A DNA stretch of 64,000 nucleotides from Macrostomum hystrix (lineage: Eukaryota > Animalia > Platyhelminthes): the NCBI GenBank assembly GCA_950097015.1, contig CATNEN010000038.1:9548001-9612000 (forward strand). The letters run 5' to 3'. Both the position numbers and the translations under genes were made by a program. The notes under the pieces were generated by a model. The model did no database searches and was not told where the DNA came from. It was given only the letters and a program-made list of their open reading frames with translations. Shown here piece by piece: positions 1 through 11,272 of the stretch. Position 1 is the first letter of the stretch; each line of letters starts with the position of its first letter.

Positions 1-259
1 CAGCTCAGACCGATTAGCCGCCTATTGACTTGTCTAGCTATTTGCGCTGATTAAACTAGACTAGAGCTTCTGAATCTATCCCGCCTACTGAGCAAGTCCT
101 GCCGCCTCGCCTGAAGTGTTTTAGCTCAGTATCCAGGCCTCCTTTCATTGCGATTGCAAAGTGTTTTGATATTAAGTCGCTTGATTGCTTGTCGTGTGTT
201 GTCAAAATTCAGTTGAATTATCATAAATACTTGTAAACTATGTTTTGCAGGTTAAAAAT

Positions 260-939
260 ATGTTTCGATTGGAGTTGCTTCTGTTGCTTCTCGCCTTTGT
301 CTGCGTCTTGTCTGTCTGGCTTTCAGAGGTGTTTAAGATGATGGTATTATTTAGAAGCATCGATTAGGCCCTGTACGAGTACTTTAGAATGTACTTACAA
401 ACAAATTTCACATTTTTAACTGTTAAGAATTAGGACGCTTTTACAGTCAACATCTTTGTCTGAGTGGCAGAGGATTTATTAAGTTCTTTTGCATGCTTAA
501 TCAAGCAAAGGTTAACGACGCAGTTACTTTAAGATAGTAATTTTTCAAAGATCGGCCAGTCTGCGTGCCTATTTAGGCTTAATTCTTTATTTACACGCTT
601 GTTTTATAAGCTGGTTTTATCAGATTTTCTGTAATTTTCGTCGAATTTGCCCGACTAAAACGGCACCTTACTATGCAGTACTATAGAGGCCTTATAGAGA
701 CAGTATTGTATAGTACTGTATTGTATGCTGCTCCTACTCTTCTTTAGCATAGCCAGCAACAGCAAAAACAGTGTGCGCTGTCAAAGCTCTTGATGCAGCT
801 TTCAGACAGCGTGCCTCGGGGTGCGCAATATTGCGTCCTTAGTGCTTCAAGTGACAATGCGGCGACTCCAGTGCCCCTATGGCCAGTCGTTTCAGCGTCG
901 TCTGAGGCGCTTTTTGCATTTCGCAATAATAATAATTGA
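260..939 (+). CDS. Possible small secreted protein (2 exons: 260-328, 748-939; 86 aa)
   Basis: Acceptor-like ttttgcag at 250. ATG 260 opens a signal-peptide-like MFRLELLLLLLAFVCVLSVWLSE, then GT at 329. Acceptor tctttag at 747 joins in phase 0 to an open frame ending in the (AAT)n tail of a SINE. No homology recognised. Confidence 0.3.
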
Positions 940-1274
940 TTACACCTGCCCCAATTGAGCCAGGTGTGAAGCCGACAGCACAGCCGCAGCAATTGCGCGG
1001 CCCATCTGAAGGCTGCGTAAGACTGCTCAGTCCATGTGCTGAAACTGAAACAATTGGACGCGACACACAATCTCAATTATCAATTTAATAGCTGGGTAAA
1101 CTGTACCCAGCTATTGTCGTGTGTTGTGAGCCGCCAGGCTTCATGGCTAACCCTGAAGCAAATGCAGAGTTAAGTGTCTTGCTAAAAAACAAAAACTGTT
1201 CCAGTTGAGTTGGGAATCGAACCCCCGACCTTCAATTCGTGGCTCTGAGAATTTTACCACTATGCTACAGCCCC
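925..1274 (-). mobile_element. tRNA-derived SINE, family 1 (near full length)
   Basis: Minus strand starts GGGGCTGTAGCATAGTGG (A box) ... GGTTCGATTCC (B box), then core gcaagacacttaactctgcatt..gcttcag and an (ATT)n tail. Homologous copies at 50464, 51241, 54197, 59465 and 61525. Confidence 0.8.
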
Positions 1275-2545
1275 CTATTTTTGTATAACTTGGGTAGAAA
1301 AGCGCTTTCTCTACAAATATATATATATATATATATAAACTGCTTAAGAACACCACTCATTCTTTCAATTTGCGCTGTCATTTACCGTTACATCAAAGCG
1401 CTTTTTAATTTTGGAGTCTCTCCTTTCTTCGACCCTGGATCTAATCTGAGCTAACTCAAAACTTCTTAGACGAATTTAGACACCGGAATTGTTTTTTTAT
1501 TGGGGTTATAAGCAGTTAGTAACGTGTTCTCCACTGCTAGCCATCATACTAAGCATTGTGGGGGAAATTAAGGCTGCCGTCTTTGAGTATTGGGACTCAT
1601 TCTATTTCCGCAACTTAGCGAGTGTAAATATGTTTTCGCCCTTTCCTTGATAGTTAGTGTCAATTGTCCCCGGTCACTACGAGTATCTGATTTATCCTTT
1701 TCAAATACCTAGTCTTTTAGTCTAAATTTCCCTCTCGGAAGCAAGTTCAAGACATGCCGACAATAACAAGTTAAAACAAAAGAACGAAAATCGCCTTTGA
1801 CTGAGGTGAAACCAGGTCAGAGAAACATCTAAAAATACGTCAGGGTAACCTGGTGTGTTAATCAGGGAAGCGCTGCGAAAAACGGATATAAACTGTTTTT
1901 AATTTACTCGCTCTATACTTGGCCATATAGCCATGCATTTGTCCATTGTAGTTAGCGGCAGATAATTGATTTCCCTAAGCTCAAATTTGCATCGAGGTAT
2001 TATAAATTTGCGGTGGCTTGCGATCAGCTTGGAGGTGGCTGATCGTCCACTTTACGTCACGAGGACCAACCCCAAAACCCAGTGTACACTGCATGGTGAC
2101 GAAAATTCTATGCGAAATGGCCTCCTCGCTGTCAGAGGGTCATTGCTGTTAACAGTTGAAAGACCACGCAATTTTTCCCCTGGGGATAGACTACCCGGGG
2201 GTATTGCAAATACCCCCCTGCCTAAATCCCGGTAGCTCCCCAACCGAGTCAGCATCGTTGAGATTTTCTGTCGAAGACCCTTGTGACAAGAACAACTAAC
2301 ATTGGTTCAAAAGTGGAGAAAAACAATTTTGCCACCAGACAACACAACGAGAACTGATGAATATCTCGACGATGCCGATGTTTTGTGACTCTGGAAGTTT
2401 TTTCATCGGATAGAGCGGAAAGCTTTAGCCCGTGTTCAGCATTTTCATGGCGATTGGTTAAAAATTTTAGGAGACAAAGTTGGTCTTTCTACTGAAATAG
2501 AGAATTATAATAAAATTATTCAAATCAGCATTGCTGAGCATTACT

Positions 2546-3902
2546 ATGGCTAACAGCAACATACTTCTCTACATCCTACAATGTACAGCGTCCGTGCAAG
2601 CCACTGCGGCAGTCCAGCAGCAGCAGATGGAGCAGCAGGACTCGGGCAGTCATCGCCAAAAATCTGGCAAGACCAAGAGGAAAAAGCAGCAGCAACAGGA
2701 ACAACAGCAGCCATCGCTGGTGCTGCCGCCATCCGAAGATGCTCCGCGGCCACCGGCGCTGCCGCTAGTGTGCGCGGGCTCTCGGATCGGGCGCCTGCTG
2801 GCCCGCTACCACTGCGTCCACGTAGCCAGGGAGCTCAAACGAACTGCACCTGATATGCTACAGGTGAGTGGGGCTGACTTTCTGGCCAATCATAGCAAAT
2901 TAAAATATTGTCCAATCAGAGCGAATCTAAAATGTAGCCAAAGGGAAGCTAGAGCTGCTAGCCAATCAGAGCAACTGCAATTAATATCCAGTGAGAGCGA
3001 CCGCAGCTAACAGATAGCGGTGATTGAAATGCTTCGCTTGTCGGTATTCTACGAGTAAATCGTGCAAAAGTAATCGAATATGGCGATTTCAAACGGTCCA
3101 GCAGATCTTTAGCGGTTCAGCCAGCCGGTATCTCCTGCTTCTTTGCTAGTAAGGAGCGCTGCAGCTGAAATTCCGCTCCATTGGGCAAAGCGTCAGCCGT
3201 CAAGCCCTGCTTTGATCTGCTGCGCGACCCTTGCCGTCCCCATTTGCGGTGTATGACCGTAGGTCTCTTGACTCGGTCAATAGGGCACTCTAATAGGCTG
3301 ACTAAGTATTGTCCGTGTAATATGAGACCTAATGCTGAAATCCACCTGCCCAGGTGTCGTGCGACCTGCTGCTGGACCTGCTGGACTCGCTGGCGCCACT
3401 AGACGAAGAATTCGAACCAATGGCCCTGCAGTACCTGGCCGTGCAACTCTGCCAGCTGAAGGAGTCGGCCCGGCCCGCAGCCGCCAAGCCCTCCGTCTCG
3501 GCAGCCGCCGCTGGCTCCGCCTCCGTGTCTGCCGAGGATGACAGGCTGGTTGTCGCCGCTAGCCAGGAGGCGGCCATCGCTCCAGTCATTGTCGTCGGCG
3601 CCGGAGACGAAGCTGTTGAGGAATTCGACGTTGGCCTCGGCGTCGGAGGTGGCGGTGGCGGCGCCAGAGACGCAGAGAGCTGCCGTCAGCTCGACCGGGT
3701 CTTGCAGCGTCTCTGCTCCAAGCTGTTGGCACCGCGAGCCGCCAAGCAGCCGCTGGCCGCCGCACTGCTGGCTCGTTGCTGCCACCATCTGCCGCCGGAG
3801 GATCGGCCTGCCGCGACGCCGACAACTCCTGGCGTAGCCAGCGGGGCGACGCCCTTCTGGAATCGCGCCCGGCCCGTTGCTGGGGGCACCGAAAGTCACT
3901 GA
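2546..3902 (+). CDS. Uncharacterised protein (exons 2546-2863, 3354-3902; ~288 aa, Gln/Ala-rich)
   Basis: Strong donor CAG|GTGAGT at 2863 and acceptor cctgcccag at 3353 join two GC-rich ORFs in phase 0. No domain recognised. Confidence 0.55.
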
Positions 3903-5375
3903 AAACCCAAGTCAAGGTCATTTGATGACCGATTGTGTGACGCTTTGCACATTGTTCAGTTTAGTTAAAGCAAATAGCATTTGTCTAGTTCTGCATCTCT
4001 CTCAATCATCTTGGACAATCCCCCTTGTTCATTCTTTCCCATTTTTAAACATGATTTTTGTCTATGGCAAAAACCGAGTTCAATGGTGTGGAACTGTATA
4101 AATTTTCTTAATTTTCAGTAAAATACAATAAAGCTTTATTATTCAAGTTAAATATGGTAGTTTTAATTTATGCGTAAATGTACGCTTGTAAGTTAACCAG
4201 TACTTAATTTTTTTACTTTCTACTTCATTATTTTTTTACTACTACTTTAGCAACTGTTAGGCGGACCTGAAGTAACTCACAAGAGGAAGGAACATTCTCA
4301 CCTGATGTAACTCACAGGTGGAACATTCACACCTGATGTAACTCACAGGTACTGATGTAGCTACTGTTGTATACATATATTTAGCCAGTCTAACATGTTT
4401 TGATGCAGTATTACCTTTTGCGCGAAGATATGAGTAAGGAATTTGAGCAATTTTCGCGTATTAATCGGCTTTGCAATGGCTGTCTCGGAATTCCAAGGCG
4501 GGTTTCTACTTAAAAAGCCGTCCTATTTCTCTCAATTCTGAGAGGTCTAGTCGGCTTTCGCGCCTGTTTTGACGAAAAAATTCTAGATAAAACTAATCCC
4601 GGTCTGATTAGCGGCTTCGGGTCGCTCCCTTTGTTGCAACAGCTTGAAGTCACGTGCTTTGTTTTGCTGCATCTGCAATCCGTCTGCTGCATACATATCG
4701 CGTGTACTTGTTAGCCATTTTCGCTGCACTTCTAGTTGCTTTTGCACTAACATTGCCACTGACTTCTTGAACTGACTTAGACTTACAACCTCGGCGACTG
4801 CGACTTCACCGTTCACCGCCTCCATTGTGGTGTTTACTGACTAATCCCAATGGATGGGCCCATTGTGCTCACAGTCCTACCGCCTACTCACTGATAACTA
4901 TCTGTAGCAGCCTGGTGCCCGTGGCCGGATATGGCGGCTGTGAACAACTCATAATGCACTGCATTCTGTTTCATGTCCATCCGCCGTTGTCTGTGCTTTT
5001 GTGATTCTTGCCCTTGTCCTGCCTTAAAGGACGCCCGTCGACATTAAATAACTTGCTTGTCTTCTAAGACTGCTTTGTTCATTGCGCCAGCCTGCAGTCA
5101 AGCTGCAGAGAATGTCTTTGATAACTGCATGTCGAGTGGCTTCCTCGAATCGTCCCTAGTGTCTGCTAGAATTAGCCTTTTCTGATTGGCTGCCGAGCCC
5201 ATTCCATGCGAGCAAGAGCATTCCGCGGTAGACACCCCCGCACAGCGACGACAACCCCTCAGCTGTCTAGGCCGTAAATGCCGGTTCAAAGCTCTCCCAG
5301 CTCGTTTATATCGTCTCTGCAAGACTCCACCATCACATGAAGGAGCACTCAACACTCGCCCAGCTCTAGTCTGAT

Positions 5376-6746
5376 ATGCCGACCTTGCTCTCCACCCAGT
5401 GGTTCATCGCCGTCAACAACGCCTCCGACTACGAGGCCATCGCCACCTACGGCTCCGGCTGCAGCAACCTCAGCAGCCGACGCCAGCCCAGCGGCCAGGA
5501 GACCGCCCGCCACCTCTTCCTGCCCGCCATCGCGGCTGTAAATGTCGTCATCAACCTGTGGGGCTTGGCCCTTTGCCAGCAGCAGCTGGCAGACCGCCGC
5601 GGGGCCAGCCGTCGCGGCGGCTGCCGGCGCCTTCAGGAGGGCGTTCGCACCAACCTGCGCCTGCTGCTGCGCCTTGCCACCGCTGAGGTCGGCTTTAACA
5701 CGGCGCTGTGCGTTCACTTCATCACCTGCTTCATCTGCGTCACAAGCGGAGTTATAGTTGCCTCGACCGGCCTTGCCCGCCTGTTTGCCTTCCTAATGAG
5801 CTTCAGCGCGCCTCTCATGGTTGGCTTCCAGTGCGTGCGCAACTGGTCCGTGGTGTTCATCGCCCTGCTCCGCCTCACCGCCGTCCTGTCGCCTCACCGC
5901 CATTTCCCGCTTTGGAGCCGCCGCATCAACTGGCCGGTGTTCCCGCTGGCCGCCCTGCTGCTCTTTCTCGTTGGCCTGCCGCGCGGCTTCGAATTCGTCT
6001 ACCTGTACTGCAGCGACACTGGGCAGTTTGTGGACCAGGTGCCCTCGGAGCTGATGCAGAGCTCCGCCTACTCGGTCGGCTACCTGCTGGTGCTGCTGTT
6101 CGCCGTGCAATCTGGCGGCCCCATCATCCTCGTGCTAGTCTCCTCCGTGCTAATCTCATCGGCGATTGTCCGGCCGCGTGGACGTCGACACCTTCGCCGC
6201 TCCACCCAGGCGAACGCGCAGATCAACCGCACCGTCATCGCCCTGTCCTGCGTGTTCTTCATGTTCGAGTTCCCTACCTTCCTGTCCAAGCTTGACGCTG
6301 TGCTGAACATCTTGGACCCGGAGGGTCCGATGAGCAACGGCCTGCTCGTGTCGGCCAACCTGATGACCGCCCTGGACTCATCTATGAACTTTTTCATCTA
6401 CATCCTGGCCAACCGAAGTCTGCAGGCGAAGCTTCAGCAGCGCTTCGGCCGAGCCTGCTGCGGCTGCTACCAGTCGGCGAGCTTGGCCGGAGCCGAGGCG
6501 GCTCTGCCACTGCGTCGTCGCAGGCGCTACTGCAACAGAGCCTCTGCTGGCAACGAGGACGCCTGGGAGCGCTTCGACGGCACCTGCGGCGACTGCGCAG
6601 GCATTGCAGCCACCAGGGACAGCGTTCGCGTCATTGCAACGTCCTCGCTGTGGACGAACGGCAGCCAGGAGGAGGCGGACCCGGCAGCCGGCCGTCCGCC
6701 CTGCCTCGTGACAGTTCAGGCCTGCACTATTGAGGTCGAGCTTTGA
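5376..6746 (+). CDS. Intronless rhodopsin-like (class A) GPCR, peptide-receptor-like
   Basis: 456-aa ORF with 7 hydrophobic segments. TM3 RNWSVVFIALLRLTAV (DRY position reads LRL), TM6 VFFMFEFP, TM7 DSSMNFFIY (NPxxY variant). N-glycosylation sequons in the N-terminus and a Cys-rich C-tail. Confidence 0.85.
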   Translation: MPTLLSTQWFIAVNNASDYEAIATYGSGCSNLSSRRQPSGQETARHLFLPAIAAVNVVINLWGLALCQQQLADRRGASRRGGCRRLQEGVRTNLRLLLRLATAEVGFNTALCVHFITCFICVTSGVIVASTGLARLFAFLMSFSAPLMVGFQCVRNWSVVFIALLRLTAVLSPHRHFPLWSRRINWPVFPLAALLLFLVGLPRGFEFVYLYCSDTGQFVDQVPSELMQSSAYSVGYLLVLLFAVQSGGPIILVLVSSVLISSAIVRPRGRRHLRRSTQANAQINRTVIALSCVFFMFEFPTFLSKLDAVLNILDPEGPMSNGLLVSANLMTALDSSMNFFIYILANRSLQAKLQQRFGRACCGCYQSASLAGAEAALPLRRRRRYCNRASAGNEDAWERFDGTCGDCAGIAATRDSVRVIATSSLWTNGSQEEADPAAGRPPCLVTVQACTIEVEL

Positions 6747-7765
6747 ACAGCTGCAGCTACCGCTGAATGACTTCCTCGTGAATGAAAGAACATGGGAGGG
6801 CCGAAAATTGGCAACTGAATAATGCAGATCGCATAGCCTGCCCTGCAGTACTGAAAATATTCATCAATGGGCTATTCGCATTCGTACTGCAGCAGGTATA
6901 TAGACTCGATTGACATCCATGCATAACATTTTACCATTACTCCAGCGATGCCCGATCCGATTATGACTGACTGGCGACACTTTTGCATGATGCCTTCTGT
7001 CAGTTGGCAGCCACTGAGCTGCCAATGTTGTTGCGTACAGTATGACACTCGCCTTGCAATTACACTCCATGAGGCTATGAACCTTTGAAAGGGGAGTTAT
7101 GTATTTGTGATGTTTATTTCACAATAAATAAATGCCCGAATGTACTTGTACGCACTAGGTTATGCTTATTGTTGTGCATTCGACTAAATAAATCCAGATA
7201 AATTGTTTTCAATTTCATTAACTATAATATAGTTTGTTCAGCCGTACTGTGGGAGCATGATAATAATATTCGGCAAGTGACTTTACCTGTCCATGTATAT
7301 AATAAAACAATTTATGTTATAATAACAAAGACCTGCTTTTTGTTAATCTCAGACTTAATTATGACTAACTTGATGTCCTTTGGCCAATGAAAGCAGCTCA
7401 CGGGGCGAACTCTTAGCTGCCTTGCTAAACCGTGCGCCCTCATCAACTTAATTGGGCAACCTGCCGGCAGTTCATCCGCCCAGGTAGAATTCGCTATTAG
7501 TTGTGAAATTTGTCGTTTTTTAATTTCCTTCAAGCCCTCCAATGTGTGGATTTTATTGTCTGTCCGTGTAGTTTTGCCACTACCCGCATGCGTTTTCAAT
7601 TGTGTAAACATTATTTTAATCTAAATAGTCAATTGCGAAGCTTTGTCTGTTTCGCGTCCATGGGTGGGTCTTTTAAGATTTTTGGCAACTATAGCGTAGA
7701 AAACACTCCAGCTGCTGAGGGAACCTCACATTGCTCGTCCACAACCTCCAACTCTTCTGTTATCA

Positions 7766-10444
7766 ATCAGGCCCTGAAACCCAATCCTTCCATCAGGCCC
7801 TGAAACCCAATCCTTCCATCAGGCTCTGAAACCCAATCCTTCCATCAGGCCCTGAAACCCAATCCTTCCATCAGGCTCTGAAACCCAATCCTTCCATCAG
7901 GCTCTGAAACCCAATCCTTCCATCAGGCCCTGAAACCCAATCCTTCCATCAGGCCCTGAAACCCAATCCTTCCATTAGGCCCTGAAACCCAATCCTTCCA
8001 TCAGGCTTTGAAACCCAATCCTTCCATCAGGCCCTGAAACCCAATCCTTCCATCAGGCCCTGAAACCCAATCCTTCCATTAGGCCCTGAAACCCAATCCT
8101 TCCATCATGCCCTGAAACCCAATCCTTCCATCATGCCCTGAAACCCAATCCTTCCATTAGGCCCTGAAACCCAATCCTTCCATTAGGCTCTGAAACCCAA
8201 TCCTTCCATCATGCCCTGAAACCCAATCCTTACATCAGGCCCTGAAACCCAATCCTTCCATCAGGCCCTGAAACCCAATCCTTCCATCATGCCCTGAAAC
8301 CCAATCCTTACATCAGGCTCTGAAACCCAATCCTTCCATCAGGCTCTGAAACCCAATCCATCCATCAGGCCCTGAAACCCAATCCTTCCATCAGGCCCTG
8401 AAACCCAATCCTTCCATCAGGCCCTGAAACCCAATCCTTCCATCAGGCTCTGAAACCCAATCCTTCCATCAGGCCCTGAAACCCAATCCTTCCATCATGC
8501 CCTGAAACCCAATCCTTCCATCATGCCCTGAAACCCAATCCTTCCATCAGGCTCTGAAACCCAATCCTTCCATCAGGCCCTGAAACCCAATCCTTCCATC
8601 AGGCTCTGAAACCCAATCCTTCCATCAGGCCCTGAAACCCAATCCTTACATCAGGCTCTGAAACCCAATCCTTCCATCATGCCCTGAAACCCAATCCTTA
8701 CATCAGGCCCTGAAACCCAATCCTTCCATCAGGCTTTGAAACCCAATCCTTCCATCATGCCCTGAAACCCAATCCTTCCATCAGGCTCTGAAACCCAATC
8801 CTTCCATCAGGCCCTGAAACCCAATCCTTACATCAGGCTCTGAAACCCAATCCTTCCATCAGGCTTTGAAACCCAATCCTTCCATCAGGCCCTGAAACCC
8901 AATCCTTCCATCATGCCCTGAAACCCAATCCTTCCATCAGGCCCTGAAACCCAATCCTTACATCAGGCCCTGAAACCCAATCCTTCCATCAGGCTCTGAA
9001 ACCCAATCCTTCCATCAGGCCCTGAAACCCAATCCTTCCATCAGGCTCTGAAACCCAATCCTTCCATCAGGCTCTGAAACCCAATCCTTCCATCAGGCCC
9101 TGAAACCCAATCCTTCCATCAGGCTTTGAAACCCAATCCTTCCATCAGGCTCTGAAACCCAATCCTTCCATCAGGCTCTGAAACCCAATCCTTCCATCAG
9201 GCCCTGAAACCCAATCCTTCCATCAGGCTTTGAAACCCAATCCTTCCATCAGGCTTTGAAACCCAATCCTTCCATCAGGCCCTGAAACCCAATCCTTACA
9301 TCAGGCTCTGAAACCCAATCCTTCCATCAGGCCCTGAAACCCAATCCTTCCATCAGGCCCTGAAACCAAATTCTTCCATCAGGCCCTGAAACCCAATCCT
9401 TCCATCAGGCCCTGAAACCCAATCCTTACATCAGGCCCTGAAACCCAATCCTTCCATCAGGCCCTGAAACCCAATCCTTACATCAGGCCCTGAAACCCAA
9501 TCCTTCCATCAGGCCCTGAAACCCAATCCTTCCATCAGGCCCTGAAACCCAATCCTTCCATCAGGCCCTGAAACCCAATCCTTACATCAGGCCCTGAAAC
9601 CCAATCCTTCCATCAGGCCCTGAAACCCAATCCTTCCATCAGGCCCTGAAACCCAATCCTTCCATCAGGCCCTGAAACCCAATCCTTCCATCATGCCCTG
9701 AAACCCAATCCTTACATCAGGCTCTGAAACCCAATCCTTCCATCATGCCCTGAAACCCAATCCTTCCATCAGGCTCTGAAACCCAATCCTTCCATCAGGC
9801 TCTGAAACCCAATCCTTCCATCATGCCCTGAAACCCAATCCTTCCATCAGGCTCTGAAACCCAATCCTTCCATCAGGCTCTGAAACCCAATCCTTCCATC
9901 ATGCCCTGAAACCCAATCCTTCCATCAGGCTCTGAAACCCAATCCTTCCATCATGCCCTGAAACCCAATCCTTCCATCAGGCTCTGAAACCCAATCCTTC
10001 CATCATGCCCTGAAACCCAATCTGTCAGGCCCTGAAACCCAATCCTTCCATCAGGCTCTGAAACCCAATCCTTCCATCATGCCCTGAAACCCAATCCTTC
10101 CATCATGCCCTGAAACCCAATCCTTCCATCAGGCTCTGAAACCCAATCCTTCCATCATGCCCTGAAACCCAATCCTTCCATCATGCCCTGAAACCCAATC
10201 CTTCCATCAGGCTCTGAAACCCAATCCTTCCATCATGCCCTGAAACCCAATCTGTCAGGCCCTGAAACCCAATCCTTCCATCAGGCCCTGAAACCCAATC
10301 CTTCCATCAGGCCCTGAAACCCAATCCTTCCATCAGGCCCTGAAACCCAATCCTTCCATCAGGCTCTGAAACCCAATCCTTCCATCATGCCCTGAAACCC
10401 AATCCTTCCATCATGCCCTGAAACCCAATCTGTCAGGCCCTGAA
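7766..10444 (+). repeat. Minisatellite, 26-bp unit AGGCCCTGAAACCCAATCCTTCCATC (~100 copies)
   Basis: Direct tandem repetition with few variant positions. Confidence 0.97.
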
Positions 10445-11272
10445 TCAACCATTCAACCAAATTGATTGAATGGGCCCTACTCATTGTGAGCTATTGGAGA
10501 GGACAAAAGCCAGCTTTCATTTGTTCATATTTTGTCTGAATCAAAAGAAATTCAATTAAAAATATATAATTCGAAATATAACCATGCAAGTTACTTAAAC
10601 AACGCCCACTGGGCGCGGACATTACAGCCGTGAGCGAAAATCACCTACTGCTAAGATATTTCCTTTATCTGCTTTCAACTAAATCAATTCGAGCCAATGA
10701 TTTAGCCTAATTAGGTTGGGAAGGAAATGCTGCTTAGGCTGCTCTCAGCAGATCGGACGCGGTTAATCCTAAATCTGAAATTGGACTTCGTCCTAGATTC
10801 TATTTCTGCGGCATTCGGTCGCAGTTTGCCGGCCAACTGAAGTGTCCAGGTGTTTTAACGGCAATTGCTGCAATTTGGACCACTTTTGCGTATTACCTTT
10901 TCTTGAAGAGATCTACAAGCAATCAAGATAAGAATTATCCCCTTCTAGTCTTATAGGAGTATAACAAGAATGCTAAAACACCGGAAATTTTTGTTAATTA
11001 CTAATCATCAGCTACCAGATTCCAAAGAAAATAGGCCCCGCTCTCAGATAAGCAACTCGTGATACAGAGGAAAATATGCATTTGTAAGAATTCCCACATT
11101 CAATCAACTGAAATACCTGAGAATTATTAGTTCAATTAATTATTGACAATCAGGCAGTTTTAATTGAGAACTGTTCAAATTTCTTGTAGTTTTCAATTAA
11201 CATCTCTCAAAGACGTGAACATTTCCTGCAATTTTGAATACTGAAAAAGGTAATTAAGAACAAAATACACAA

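Noticed and set aside
1205-1274. tRNA gene
   Set aside because: A/B boxes are present but the cloverleaf is poor, and it continues into a dispersed repeat body and tail, so it is a SINE head.
4510-4825. Short minus-strand ORFs as a gene or TE remnant
   Set aside because: No motif, splice structure or repeat evidence that I could support.
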